The translations under genes were made by a program, and so were the position numbers. This document shows, in pieces, positions 25,900-38,525 of a DNA stretch of 64,000 bases (within the stretch, counting starts at the first letter, position 1; every line of letters begins with the position of its first letter). The notes beneath the pieces are model-generated. The model searched no databases and was not told the origin of the DNA. It saw only the letters and a program-made list of their open reading frames with translations. The DNA is from Octopus sinensis (Eukaryota): NCBI RefSeq assembly GCF_006345805.1, contig NC_043000.1:32736001-32800000 (forward strand), given 5' to 3'.

Positions 25900-26216
25900 T
25901 TAGTAGTCTTCATATTTTTTACGCCTGTATTTAGAAGGTACAAACTGAACGTTGTAGTTGTCTTCCGAATAATCACACTGAGTTGTACTCCGAGTATAAA
26001 CTATAGCTTCACCAGAGAAGATATTCCTCCGGAGATAATTAGACAAGTCTCTGTAACGTAGTTGTGTTTGAATAGCAGATGGATAACAATGATTCAGTTG
26101 ACCTTGTAGGTAATAGTTACCTCCCTTCTTCTCACGGAACTCTTTTCTTTCAATCTTTGACATTGTTTCATTGACCATGTTTTCGTTGTTCAATAATTCA
26201 CTGCAGACAGCGCTAC
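25900..26216 (-). CDS. Candidate coding exon (possibly terminal) of an orphan minus-strand gene
   Basis: cttcttgtaccaacAG acceptor; phase 1 joins the upstream exon as ..HQFG-SAVCSELL..; open to TAA at 25900-25902. Confidence 0.5.
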
Positions 26217-26931
26217 CTGTTGGTACAAGAAGATACAACTTTTAAGAATTGTTAAAGCAATCAGATAATGACTTTACAGACAAGAGTCCTATAATAACTG
26301 CTTATATTAAATGGAACATTGTCAATGGATTTGGTAGGCAAGAAATGAAAGAAGCTTGTTATATATATATATATATATATATATACCTATTTCTTTATTA
26401 CCCACAAGAGGCTAAACACAGAGAGGACAAACAAGGACAGACAAATGGATTAAGTTGATTATATCGACCCCAGTGCATAACTGGTACTTATTCAATCGAC
26501 CCCAAAAGGATGAAAGGCAAAGTCGAACGTAGCGGCAGATGAAATACCGCTAAGCATTTTGCCTGGCGTGCTAACGTTTCTGCCAGCTCACTGCCTTTTG
26601 TTGTATATATATATATACCATCATAATCTTTTAAACGTCCAACTTCCATGCTGGCTTGGGTTGTATGGTTTGAGAGGAGCTGGCAAGCAGGAGAATTGCA
26701 CCTGGCTCTACTTTACAGTGTGTACCGGCTGCCTTTTGTGTGGCACCGGTACCAGTGGGGTTGCCAGGTAACTTGCAAGACAAAGAGCCCTTGGCTGGGA
26801 GAGTGAATGGAACCAAAGGGAGGCGGGTTTGAGTTGGTTGAGTGGTTAGGGATAGAGAGGGGTGTCTTGCTATGGAAGAGATATTTGGCTAAGCAAGAAG
26901 GAAAACAAAGGAAAGTAAGATAGAGAAACAA

Positions 26932-26978
<47 letters not shown>

Positions 26979-27293
26979 CCGGTAAGTAGATGGTGTTGGA
27001 GAAGCATTGAAACATAACCTCAAGGGGGATGGAATATAAGTATTACAGTGGGGGAGAGTGGGAGATGTTTCATTATGTATTATAACTCACAACCTTCCAT
27101 CTGAATGGAATGGCAGTCTGTGACAGGGTTTATAAATTAATGGCCAAGTGGACTGGGGCAGTGTGAAAATGAAGTGCTTTGCTCAAGGACACAATGTACT
27201 GCTTGTCCTAGGAACTGAAACTATGACCTTGCCATCATGAGAGCTACACCCTAACCACCAGGCAAAGCACTAGGATGGAAAAGGGGATATAAA

Positions 27294-27692
27294 ATGGTGA
27301 TTATGATGATGGTGATGATGATGACTACAATAGCAGTGACAATGATGACAATGACAATGATGATGATGATGATGGTGATGGCGGTGATGATGGTGATGAT
27401 GATGCTGCTGCTGACGATAATGGTGATAATGATGGTAATGCTGCTACTGTTGCAGAAGATGATGCTGCTGCTGATGGTGGTGGTAGTGGTGCTGCTGCTA
27501 CTGATGATGAGGATGATGGTGATGGTGATAATGGTGATGCTGCTGCTGATGATGATGACAATGGTGATGGTGATGATGGTGATGCTGCTACTGTTGCAGA
27601 TGCTGCTGCTGCTGCTGCTGCTGATAGTAGTGGTGGTTCTGCTGCTGCTGCTGCTGATGATGATGACGACGACGATGATGATGATGGTGATG
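27294..27692. repeat. Compound (GAT)/(GGT)/(GCT) trinucleotide repeat with internal duplication
   Basis: Block gatgg..atgctgctactgttgcaga occurs twice (about 27431 and 27576). Confidence 0.9.
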
Positions 27693-27718
27693 AAAATAAA
27701 ATGTTTTCAGAAAATTAC

Positions 27719-28204
27719 CAAATTGATGTTTAATATTTCTGGGTAATTTTGGTCGTTCGTAAATGTCAATTGGCGATGCCACTTGTGGGATTGTCTGTCT
27801 TCTGTTAGATGGGATTCTTTGGAAAACTTCTCTTTCACTGTTGTCGGCATCATGATCAATTTCGGTCAGAAGAAACCGTGTTCTTGGTGTTCCAGATCTG
27901 TGGGACATTGAGACATGTCTTGGTAAATGGTAAGAATTGCTGGGAGCACTTCTAAGAAGTCTGTCACGGTGGAAATAATCATTTTCATCATCATCAAAAT
28001 ATTTACACCTGTTAATTGCTTTCACCTGCGGATTGAATTTTTGGTTGGTGAGGTTACTGGAAGAAGGAAGGGTTCTAATAGTCTGTTCATTAGCACTAAA
28101 TGTTAAATAAGCTTTGGTGGACTTTTGCCAATCCTTCATAAATGTTGCTAATTTCTTCTTTTGCCTTTTATATTTATCTTCAGCATCCCAGAGAGTGTAG
28201 TAAT
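27719..28204 (-). CDS. Candidate internal coding exon (phase 1-1, 162 codons) of an orphan minus-strand gene
   Basis: catattctttccacAG acceptor and TTTG|GTAATT donor; long open frame in AT-rich DNA (YYTLWDAEDKYKRQKKKL..YERPKLPRNIKHQF). Confidence 0.55.
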
Positions 28205-29832
28205 CTGTGGAAAGAATATGCAAATATGACATAGAATGGATGGGCAGATATGGAAGGGTGGGTAGACATAGATGGGTCAGTGGGTACAATGTGATTAGGT
28301 GCCTAAAAAGCTCACTACGTAACTATGTGGTTTCAAGTTTGGACTCCACTGAGCAAAACCTTGGTCAACAAAAATGGATGGAGAGTCTTGGGTGGATTCA
28401 TTGCTATTGTTGGGTGGAACACTTAAAGCATCACCCAGTCTCTTTCTGCCTTAGGTTCTTTTAGTGGAGTCCATTCTGTTGCAAGTTCTTTGAATAAGCT
28501 CCCTGGTTTGACAAAATCTTTCATCCTTCTGCCTATTAATCTTAGAACCTTGGGAAGGGTTTCAGTATTAACTCTTCCTTCTCTCATTCAACCATATAAA
28601 AAAAGTGACATATAACATTGCATAACAACACGTATATACTATATATATGTGTGTATGTATATATCATCATCATCCTTTAATGTCTGCTTGCCGTGCTGGC
28701 ATGGGTTGGACTGTTTCACTGAGCACTGGCAAGCCAGGAGGCTGCACCAGGCTATATATGTGTGTATGTGTGTGCATGTGCATGTGTGTGCGTGTGCATG
28801 TGTGTGTGTGTATTATATTAGAGGGAGAAGGACAACAAAAACCATGTCAAGACAGATATCTCAAGAATTTCATTCACACATATTCACCTCATCTCTGATA
28901 ATGGAATACTCAGTATCTGCCATGACTAAAATTTTATTTGGCTTGATGGGTCTTCTTCAGAAGCCCAACATAATGCCAAAGGTCTTGGTCATTCGGCATT
29001 GCCTCCATAAGGCCCAACACTTGAAAGGTGCTTTTCATGTGATACCAGCATCGGTCACCTTGCCTCTGGGAAGCCCAACATTTGACATGCTACCAGAACA
29101 GATACCAGTTATGTGACACCAGCATCAGTCACAGCCACGATTTCACTTGGCTGGAAGAGTCTTCTCAAGCACAGTTTATTGCCAAAGGTCTCGGTCACTA
29201 GTCATTGCCTCTGTGAGGCTCGAAGTGCCTCTATACACAAATATACATATATAATGAAGGCACATAGCTCAGTGGTTAGAGCATCGAGCTTACGATTGTG
29301 AGGTTGTGAGTTCAATTCACGGACTAGGCTGTGTGTTGTGTTCTTGAGCAAGACACTTTATTTCACATTGCTCCAGTTCACTCAGCTGTAGAAATGAGTT
29401 GTGACGTCACAGGTGAGAGCTGTATTGGCCCCTTTGCCTTTCCCTTGGATAACACTGGTGGCATGGAGAGGAGAGGCCGGTATGCATATAACCTTGCCCA
29501 GACTTGTGCCTGGGAGGGTAACTTACTAGGTACAATCCCATGGTCAGTCATGACTGAAGGGGGTCTCAGCTTAGCTCATATATACATATATGTATGTATA
29601 ACAACATAAAAAGACACACAATGTAACATTACATAATGCTAAGGATATTTAATCATCATCATCATCATCAACATAATTTTATGTCCACGTTTCCTTGTTG
29701 ATATGGGTTGAGCAAGTCCCATCACATGTTAAAGAGCATGGGATGTGGCACAACACACACACATGCACACACACACACACACACTCAAAATTGTCCATTT
29801 TTGTGGTTGTGAATGACTTAGAATCTCTTTTA

Positions 29833-30227
29833 TCTTTTCTTTTATCTTTTACTTGTTTCAGTCATTTGACTGCGGCCATGCTGGAGCACCGCCTTTAGTC
29901 GAGCAAATCGACCCCGGGACTTATTCTTTGTAAGCCCAGTACTTATTCTATCGGTCTCTTTTGCCGAACCGCTAAGTGACGGGGACGTAAACACACCAGC
30001 ATCGGTTGTCAAGCAATGCTAGGGGGACAAACACACAAACATATATATATATATACATATATATGACAGGCTTCTTTCAGTTTCTGTCTACCAAATCCAC
30101 TCACAAGGCATTGGTCGGCCCGGGGCTATAGCAGAAGACACTTGCCCAAGATGCCACGCAGTGGGACTGAACCCGGAGCCATGTGGTTGGTTAGCAAGCT
30201 ACTTACCACACAGCCACTCCTGCGCCT
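29833..30227 (-). mobile_element. tRNA-derived SINE family C (central gggcaagtgtctt box, internal microsatellite)
   Basis: Full copy; + strand copy at 50812-51230; partial copies at about 25140-25380, 57420-57630, 59360-59520, 61680-61845 and 62055-62600. Confidence 0.85.
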
Positions 30228-30865
30228 TTTGTATTTTTTTGTATCACAACACTGGAGAGGTTGTCTTATGCCTCAAGGAAGACTAAAATCTCGCCTTTCT
30301 CCATCATTGCTTTCTTAGTGTTATGTGTTATGATGTCTCTAGAATCGACATAGATCCATAAAGCTAACATTTATCTTATGATTCATTGCTAACGAAAGAA
30401 ACATAAACTGAAGTTTATGTATTCCATGTTAGATGAGTGAACAAAATCATTTAGAATTAATGGTAGCACCAGGCCCAGGCAATCCTGGGCTTCTAAAAGA
30501 CTTTCCAGGGTTTGCAAAACATGATTTTTATTTTCAATATAACATCATTCGTTCCATGTTTGTGAATGAAAGAAGAAAAAAATACCTGATCCTGCTGCTG
30601 CTGCTGTAGTTGTTGTTGTTGTTATCATTTAGGTGGGGGTGAGGGAGCTGACAGAATTGTTACGGCACCCAGACAAACTGCTTAACAGTATTTCTTCTGG
30701 CTTTACATTTTGAGTTCAAATGCTGCCGAGGTGAACTTTGCCTGTCGTCCTTTTAGGAACAATAAAATAAGTACCAGTTGAACACTGGGGTTGATGATAT
30801 CGACTTACCCCTCCACCAAAACTGCTGGCCTTGTGCCAAAATTTGAAGTCATTATTATTATTATT

Positions 30866-31418
30866 GAGTGAGAGAGAGCAATTCATGCCATCAAAGTGAC
30901 ACTGGGGTAAAATATACGCAGCCCAGCATACCCATCATGACTAACTGTCTGATAAGGGTACACTAGGCACATGCATCACAACCATATGCGCGCGACATGG
31001 TGATCTCATATCAAGATAAACAGCACATGACCTTGCAGGTGGGGCTCAGTTAGAATTTTCTTCAGGTCGAGTAACCCATCCCACTTAAATGGTCCCTGAA
31101 TAAGGGATGTTTAAGGAAGTTGAACGAAACACCCATGTTTCCAGAGGTGAATTATTCAAGCCCCAAAGAATCACTCTCAACACATGACCATGATGCTCCC
31201 CCACTACTTCTGCTCGTGATCAGAGATGCACATATCGTCAGCCACTAAGGGACATGCTCAACTGGTTAAGGTCAAACAACTGACAGGCAAATCTGTGGTA
31301 TTGAGCAGAATATTTGCTGTAGACCATCTTTTATACCAAGAGAAAATAATTCACATAACACTTCCAATCAGTTAAGATCAGAAGCCATGAAAGCTACTGT
31401 CTGGTACGGCATCAGGGC

Positions 31419-31419
<1 letters not shown>
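30866..31419 (-). mobile_element. Family X, longest copy (about 550 bp), (ATT)n on both sides; a further partial copy at 31456-31600
   Basis: Homology to 389-713 plus a 5' extension ending at ..ggcatcagggca followed by (TTA)n. Confidence 0.8.
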
Positions 31420-31455
<36 letters not shown>

Positions 31456-31722
31456 GAGTGAAAGAGCAGCCCATGCTATCAAAGTGATGCTGAGATATAA
31501 ATATACGAAGTGTAGTGTACCCATCATGACTACTTGTCTGATAAGGGTACACCAGGCACATGCAACATGATCATATGTACATAACATGATGATCTTATCA
31601 GAAGACATGGGAGCCACTACTTGGTACTGAATCAGGACATTAGTATTGTTGTTGTTGTTGTATCTCGCAGCAAACTTTGACATCTTATGCAATCAGGATC
31701 AGGTGTTGTACAATCATTCTTT

Positions 31723-31758
<36 letters not shown>

Positions 31759-31835
31759 GATAAGATGTTTATTGATGTTATTCTTTTGGAAACCCAATGA
31801 TCCATTTATCAGTGAAAGAGAACAGCTTTGTTATT

Positions 31836-31872
<37 letters not shown>

Positions 31873-32250
31873 CGTGCATGTATGCATATATGTATGTTTG
31901 TATGTATGTATGTAGGGGTGTGTGCGTGTATTTGTGTGTATACAGTGACTTAAACTAATTTAACTAAATCATCTCAGATAATTACCTGATTGAAAATGCT
32001 TGTTTCTATTCATATTATCAGTTCTGCTGTTAATGTATCGCTGGAGACAAACAACACAAACACATTTACATACAATATTATCAGCCTGAGATGATAACAA
32101 AGCAGAAATATTTCTGACTGGCTGAAACAGAGAAAACAAAAACAAAAATAAGAAAAAGAAGGACAATAAAATGAAACTTCTGTAAAATAAATTTTGTTAT
32201 TTTCTGGTTGAAAGGGAAGGAAACTGTCCAGAATATGTCATCCTAGCGTG

Positions 32251-32640
32251 AAATAATGGAGTTTATCGTGAAGGGATGGGATATACAATGAATAGCGATT
32301 CCTTTCATACTGACCCTACTTTTTCGTGACTTTTTTTTGAAGGAAGAAGGCTGGGGACAGGATATTTTGGAGTTTGAGTTGTTCATACTGAGTGATAGAA
32401 AGTGTCCAGACTTGTGTCCAGACACTGGCTCCTTGATATGGGCGTAACAGCTTACTTAACTTTGCTGTAAATCCATGCCCTGCTTCATAGATACTTCTTG
32501 CAGCAGTAAATTGCATTAAAAAACAACAACAACATATTTGAGCTTTGTTATTGTGTTGTACTAAATTCAAATTTGCTTTAACCGTTTAACTTCGTCAGTA
32601 GGATATTTTCTAAATTGATTCGCATTGCAAGATTTCATGC
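32251..32640. repeat. About 390-bp segment duplicated at 37111-37487
   Basis: Near-identical text (ggagtttatcgtgaag...gcattgcaagatttcatgc), same orientation, offset about 4860. Confidence 0.9.
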
Positions 32641-34062
32641 CGCAGAGAATAGAGAGGAGGAAGTGAGTTGGAGATGAGTAAAGAGATGCAGAATTTTCTT
32701 TGTTTATGTAGTTACAGGAGAAGATACAGTGAGCATTTAAAACTTAATATTGGGGTAGTATCTGGATGGTTCACCTATCAAACTAATTACCTTGGCTACA
32801 CACCTGCTTGATCTTAGCTATTCACTTCAATGACATATCAATATTTCTTGAAAATGATGAACAATATAAAGAAGATTATTGCAATTAAAACTGCTCTGAT
32901 GAACTCAATTTTACTTACGTCTTAGAAGCTCAATACTTGATATGGATAACTCTGCTTATCATACCAGTAATACACCAACCCCATTCCATGTCTGAACAAA
33001 TGAAATCAATATTATTATGTTTTGGTTAATTTAATTTGCTGAATCCTGAGTTTATCTTTGTTTCCAATTCCACTTGTAGAATTTTTTTTACTTTGACCAT
33101 TATCTCATCCATCTTCTGTTCTTTGTACTTTCTCGCCAATAGTTCCATAAGCCTAAATCATATAATATATTCATGTTCTTCAGTTCTAAAGATGGTTCTA
33201 CTGTCAATGAAACTAGGTTTTTTCTGTCCAAGAAAACATTGTCTTTTGATTGATAATTCCAGCTTTAATGTCAGGAACTGCTAATGTTAACTGATTTTAA
33301 AAAACTAAGCAATTTATAATTCCCTTGGACTTGATTTTAATAATTTCAGATCAACTTGTTTAAATGACAATTAAAAGAATAATTTTACTTAACATTAACT
33401 TATCAGGATTCTTTCAAGTTTCAGGAATTAACTTAGGCTGTGTGGCTTAGGACTTTGCTTTAGAATCACAGGATTCTGAATTTGATTGGGCAAGTGTCTT
33501 CTGCTACAGCCTTGACTTTACCAATTCTTGTGAGTGGAATTTGGCAAACAAAAACTGTGCAGAATCTCATTATATACCATTATTTTAAAAACAATTCTCA
33601 CGAGTTGAATGGGTCTTCAGGGTCCAAACCAATTCTTACTCAGAGTTCTTGCTCTCCATGATGGGTCAGAAAACTATGTCTCACTCATGTCCTCCATTTT
33701 GCTATGGTTTCTATAAAGCTAGATGTCCTTCCTAATGTCAACAATTTGATGCATTTCATCAGGACAAGATGGAAGGGTTCTCTTGATGCTGGCACTGTCT
33801 GCACTTGATTGTTGGTGACATCACAAAGGTGCATTTTATTATGGAACCAGCATTAGAGAAATTGCCCCCTGTCCCTTGCATGGCTGAAGGGTCCTCTATA
33901 TCATCTCAGTTCATTTTGTGATCAAAAGGTTGAATAAGATAAGAAAGTGGTGACAGAAAATGAACTGGAATATGAGGGTGAAAGAAACGAGAGTATGATA
34001 GGAGTGAGAGAGTAGTAGAGAGGGAAACAATGGAAGGGAAACAGTAATAGCAGGAATGGGAG

Positions 34063-34133
<71 letters not shown>

Positions 34134-36599
34134 TGAGTAGTGACAGAGATGGACAATGGTAAGAAAGAGCGATAGGTGTCAATATATTTCTTTACTACCC
34201 ACAAGGGGCTAAACACAGAGGGGACAAACAAGGACAGACAAGGGGGTTAAGCCGATTACAACGACCCCAGTGCGAAACTGGTACTTATTTAATCGACCCC
34301 GAAAGGATGAAAGGCAAAGTTGACCTTGGCGGAATTTGAACTCTGAACGTAACGACAGACGAAATACCACTAAGCATTTCGCCCGGTGCGCTAACGTTTC
34401 TGCCAGCTCGCCGCCCTAATAGGTGTCAATAGCGAGTAACTGGGATGAGAGGGAGCAATGGCCAGATGTATAGAGCTCTTGAGATATTGGTGTGTATGCG
34501 ATATGAACAGTTTTGATGATGGGAGAGGGAGGTGGAGTGATGAGGATGGAGGTAGGGGAGGATTAGAAATAAATTTAATGCAATTCCATGTTACATGAGC
34601 AGCATGGTAGAGTGAAAAGAAGAGAAAGGGTGAGTGATAGAGAGATGAGAGGATATTGTAGAAGTAGGGGAGAGCAGCAGATGGAGACTCATCTGGAATA
34701 TAATGCGAAAGAGAACTCAAATGTAGACCGATCGTGCATCCTGTTAATCATTATTTTCACCCATTGGGGGATAGGTCTTCTTCTCCAGTACCACATGTTA
34801 TCAAGCATCATGGTCCATTGCCATCTGCTTAATAAATACTCACATCTTGATTATTTCATCCTATGTCTTCCAAAGGTTCTCACTTCCACATGTTACATCC
34901 ATTTTGGGCACTTAGTCCACCCATCTCACATCTGCATCACATGTCTGAGCAAGTACGTCTTCCCCCTTGCACACTACACTTAGTTCCTCTTATGACCAGC
35001 TTTTATTTCACTTCATTTGGCTTCCATTGTTCATACACACAAACATTATCCAGAAGAGTGTGCTCACTTCATTTTCTTTCTCGTTTTCAAAAACTTCAGT
35101 TTAGAAGCTCCACGTCTCACAGCCATGCAGTCTTGCATTTTGTACATGCGCATAGAAGCAAACATCTTACTGAACTTACTCTGACTCATTTTCTCTTTGG
35201 TTACGATGATTTCAGTACGTCCACCTTCACTGCCAATGAAGTCATCTAGATCAGAAAAACCATCAACCACTAAAATGTACTTTCTGAGTCTTTGAAGAAA
35301 ATAATTTCCTTTGTATTTTTACTCCTAACTACTCCTCTTCCCATCTGATGTCTATTCTTTTTATCAGTCAGCTTATAACTTCACTACATCTCTTGTCTTT
35401 ACACAAGTCATACCATTTGCAATTTCAGCTTATCAAGCCTGAATGTTTCTTTGATGGTAGCAGAATAATGGTTTTTTTTCCTATTTACTAAAATTTAGTC
35501 AACACCAACTTTACTTTGAGGCCTTTTCATTCTAGGTTTTGTTACTGAGTTTGGAATTTTCATTAAAAATTTTCTACACAATTCGCTGTAACAATTAGTC
35601 ACTGTGAGAAGAGTTTCCACAGAGAGCCAGGCTTAAATTCCTTTTGACCCAGTACAGCCATCCTACTAAGTAAAATCACTGACATCCATACATACAGGCG
35701 TGTCCTTTAAGGCCATGCCTCAACTCCTTCCCTCAACTGTGAAGTCTTTGTTTTGCAGATGCAAGTGCAATGTAAACTGTACTTGTGTTAGTGTCACATA
35801 GAATGCACTTGTGCTGGTGCCACGTAAAACTCACTCATGTCAGTGGCATGTAATCGCACATGTAATGGTATCACTTAAAAAGCACTCAGCACACTCTTGT
35901 AAAGTGACTGGCATTAGGAAGGGGGTCCAACCATAGAAACCTTGCCAAAGGAAACAGTTGGAGCTTGGACAGCTCTCTGGCTGACCAACTCCTGTTAAAC
36001 TGTCCAACCTATGCCAGCTTGGAAAATGGATGTTAAATGATGATGATGATGATGATGATGGCGACGACGACAACAATGTATATGGTGATGGTAGGTGAGC
36101 TCCTGAATTAACGTGTAAGTGGCTGAGTATTCCATATACACGTGTATCTTTCCTGTAATTCTCAGGTAGAATCAATGTGACGCACATGGTGTGACAAGAC
36201 TGAACTTTTCGAATTACAGGAGCAATCCATTCGAGGAGCTTCGGTACAGTTTCCGTTTTCCAGTTTCACTTTTACAGGATTTAGATCCAACACGAGGTTT
36301 AGGAATATTAAGGATATTTGTCTAAGACGTCACGAAGTGTGACAGAACCCGGGATTCCGTGGTTTCAAGAGGAACTTCTCAACCATTCGTTGCGCGCGTA
36401 GACAGACAGACAGACACACACACACACACAAAAACACAATCATTTACGCTAAATTCCTTTTAAAAAATGATGGAAAATACCATAAAAACATATACATGCG
36501 TTCTATTAGAATCGTGAATTAATTCTTTACGAAAAAAAAAAACATTGAAAAATTATTATTAAAATATTTTCAAGAAACTTTTCAACAGATCGTAATATA

Positions 36600-36873
36600 A
36601 AGCTGTTTAACAACTTCTTTTAATAAAACGATATCTCCGAAAATTATTACCATTTCTTTCATTCGTTGTTTTCGTTCTTCAGCCTTTCATGAGAAATCGA
36701 CACATTTCCCGTGGTTGCATATTGTTTTAGCAACTCGTAACTAAGTAATTGAGACACGTACTCGTGACGTAGATCCCACTTTTATTATTGTACGCACAGC
36801 TTGATGACGAAACAAGCATCCGTGTTCCTTTCGTGTTCTCATCCCAACATTGCTTTGACTTCTATTTGTAAGT
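36600..36873. promoter_or_regulatory. Candidate bidirectional promoter and TXN2 non-coding first exon
   Basis: Local CpG-retaining island; CACGT and TGACGT motifs at about 36735-36774; + donor GTAAGT at 36868; - donor ATG|GTAATA at 36651/36650. Confidence 0.45.
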
Positions 36874-37747
36874 TTCTTGTTTCTTTTCGTTCGTTGTTGT
36901 CATGCAGACTTACATCTTCTTACCATTACATGGATCTGTAATACATCCGTGTTTACATTACCCTTTTTTCTTATGTTACATTTCACAAACTCTGTTTTCT
37001 TCTTTTTCTCTTTGTTATTTTACACTTTCGATACATTTGACCTTGTTAAACATTACGCGTGTTTATTATACAACACATGTGTTGCGTATATAAACTGTTA
37101 ACTGATTCCAAAACAACGGAGTTTATCGTGAAGCAATGAGATGTACAATGAATAGCAATTCCTTTCATACTGACCCTACTTTTTCGTGACTTTTTTTTGA
37201 AGGAAGAAAGCTGGGGACAGGATATTTGGAGTTTGAGTTGTTCATACTGAGTGATAGAAAGAGTCCGGACTTGTGTCCAGACACTGACTCCTTGATATGG
37301 GCGTAACAGCTTACATAACTTTGCTGTAAATACTTCATAGATACTTCTTGCAGCAGTAAATTGCATTAAAAAACAACAACATATTTGAGCTTTGTTATTG
37401 TGTTGTACTAAATTCAAATTTGCTTTAACCGCTTAACTTCGTCGGTAGGATATTTTCTAAATTAATTCGCATTGCAAGATTTCATGCTGAAAATTTTATC
37501 TTACTCTCGCAGTTCGTCTTGAGTAAACTCTTCTTACGAAGACTTCAGGTTAATTTCCGCAAAAGATAATTGAACCCCAGTAAATTACTGATACTGATTT
37601 TGAATGACTTCGTTTTTGATTTTATTACTCTGTGTAATAAAAATTAAAGTCAGACTCAATTTCAATGTACAGATTTTATTAGTTTGTTAGAAGAAAAGGG
37701 ACAAATTCATGACCTTTGTTAAGGTTCAAAGAAGGTGAAATTCATCT

Positions 37748-38525
37748 ATAATAATAATAATATGAAATTATTGTATACAGTGCTCAGGTGATTCACAACT
37801 TGTCAAAAGTGCGTATAAAGTATATGCAGTAATGTAAAAATGTCTGGAAAGTGAACAGTGTATGAGTCAGATACATGCTTGCGTGTGTATGGAGGTGAGA
37901 AAATCAGGTGTAGTGTTGGCGAATCTCAGGAAGCATGGAAGTTTTGAAGGATGCAGTGCTCCGACAACTAACAACTGATGCCGGTAGTTTGTTCCATGCT
38001 TCAGCAATTCTTAGCATGAAAAAATGTTTCTGAAAGTCATGGGAGCTGTGCTGTTTTCTGACTTTGTAAACATGTCCATGGATGGGGTTTGAAAAGGTAC
38101 TCAGAGTTATTGTTTGTAAGATGGTTAATAATTTTATGGGTGTCTGCCAAGTTAGCTGCCAGACGTCGGAGTTTCAATGTATCCATGCCCAGGGAAGTAA
38201 GGCATTCAGAATATGGCAAATGCCTGATGGAGGGTATTCTCGTGGTTGCACGTCGCTGAACGGCTTCCAGATGATTAATATCCTGGGCAAGATAGGGGTT
38301 CTAGACCAGTGATGCAAATTTCAGGTGAGGTCGTACCATAGCTATATAAAGCCGCGGATAGATAGCCAGAGAGTGGCTCACAAAGGACTTGGTAAGTGAT
38401 GCCAAGACACCCTCGGCCTTGGCAATTTTAGCGATGTGTTTTGTCCAACTCAAATCGCTGTCGACAATAACGCCCAGGTCATGATCATCAAGGTGTTTTG
38501 TGAGGGATTTCCAAGTAGGGGCCAA
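37748..38525 (-). mobile_element. 5'-truncated CR1-clade LINE
   Basis: DLGVIVDSDLSWTKHI..LYIAMVRPHLKFAS..LTSLGMDTLKLRRL; (ATT)-type tail at 37748-37761. Confidence 0.85.

Noticed and set aside
27294-27746. 150-aa Met/Leu-rich + ORF and the polyH/polyQ tail of the - ORF
   Set aside because: Both are readings of the trinucleotide repeat, which lies beyond the splice donor at 27718.
29261-29330. tRNA gene
   Set aside because: The tRNA-like head continues directly into a SINE core (cttgagcaagacact). The same applies to the other SINE heads.
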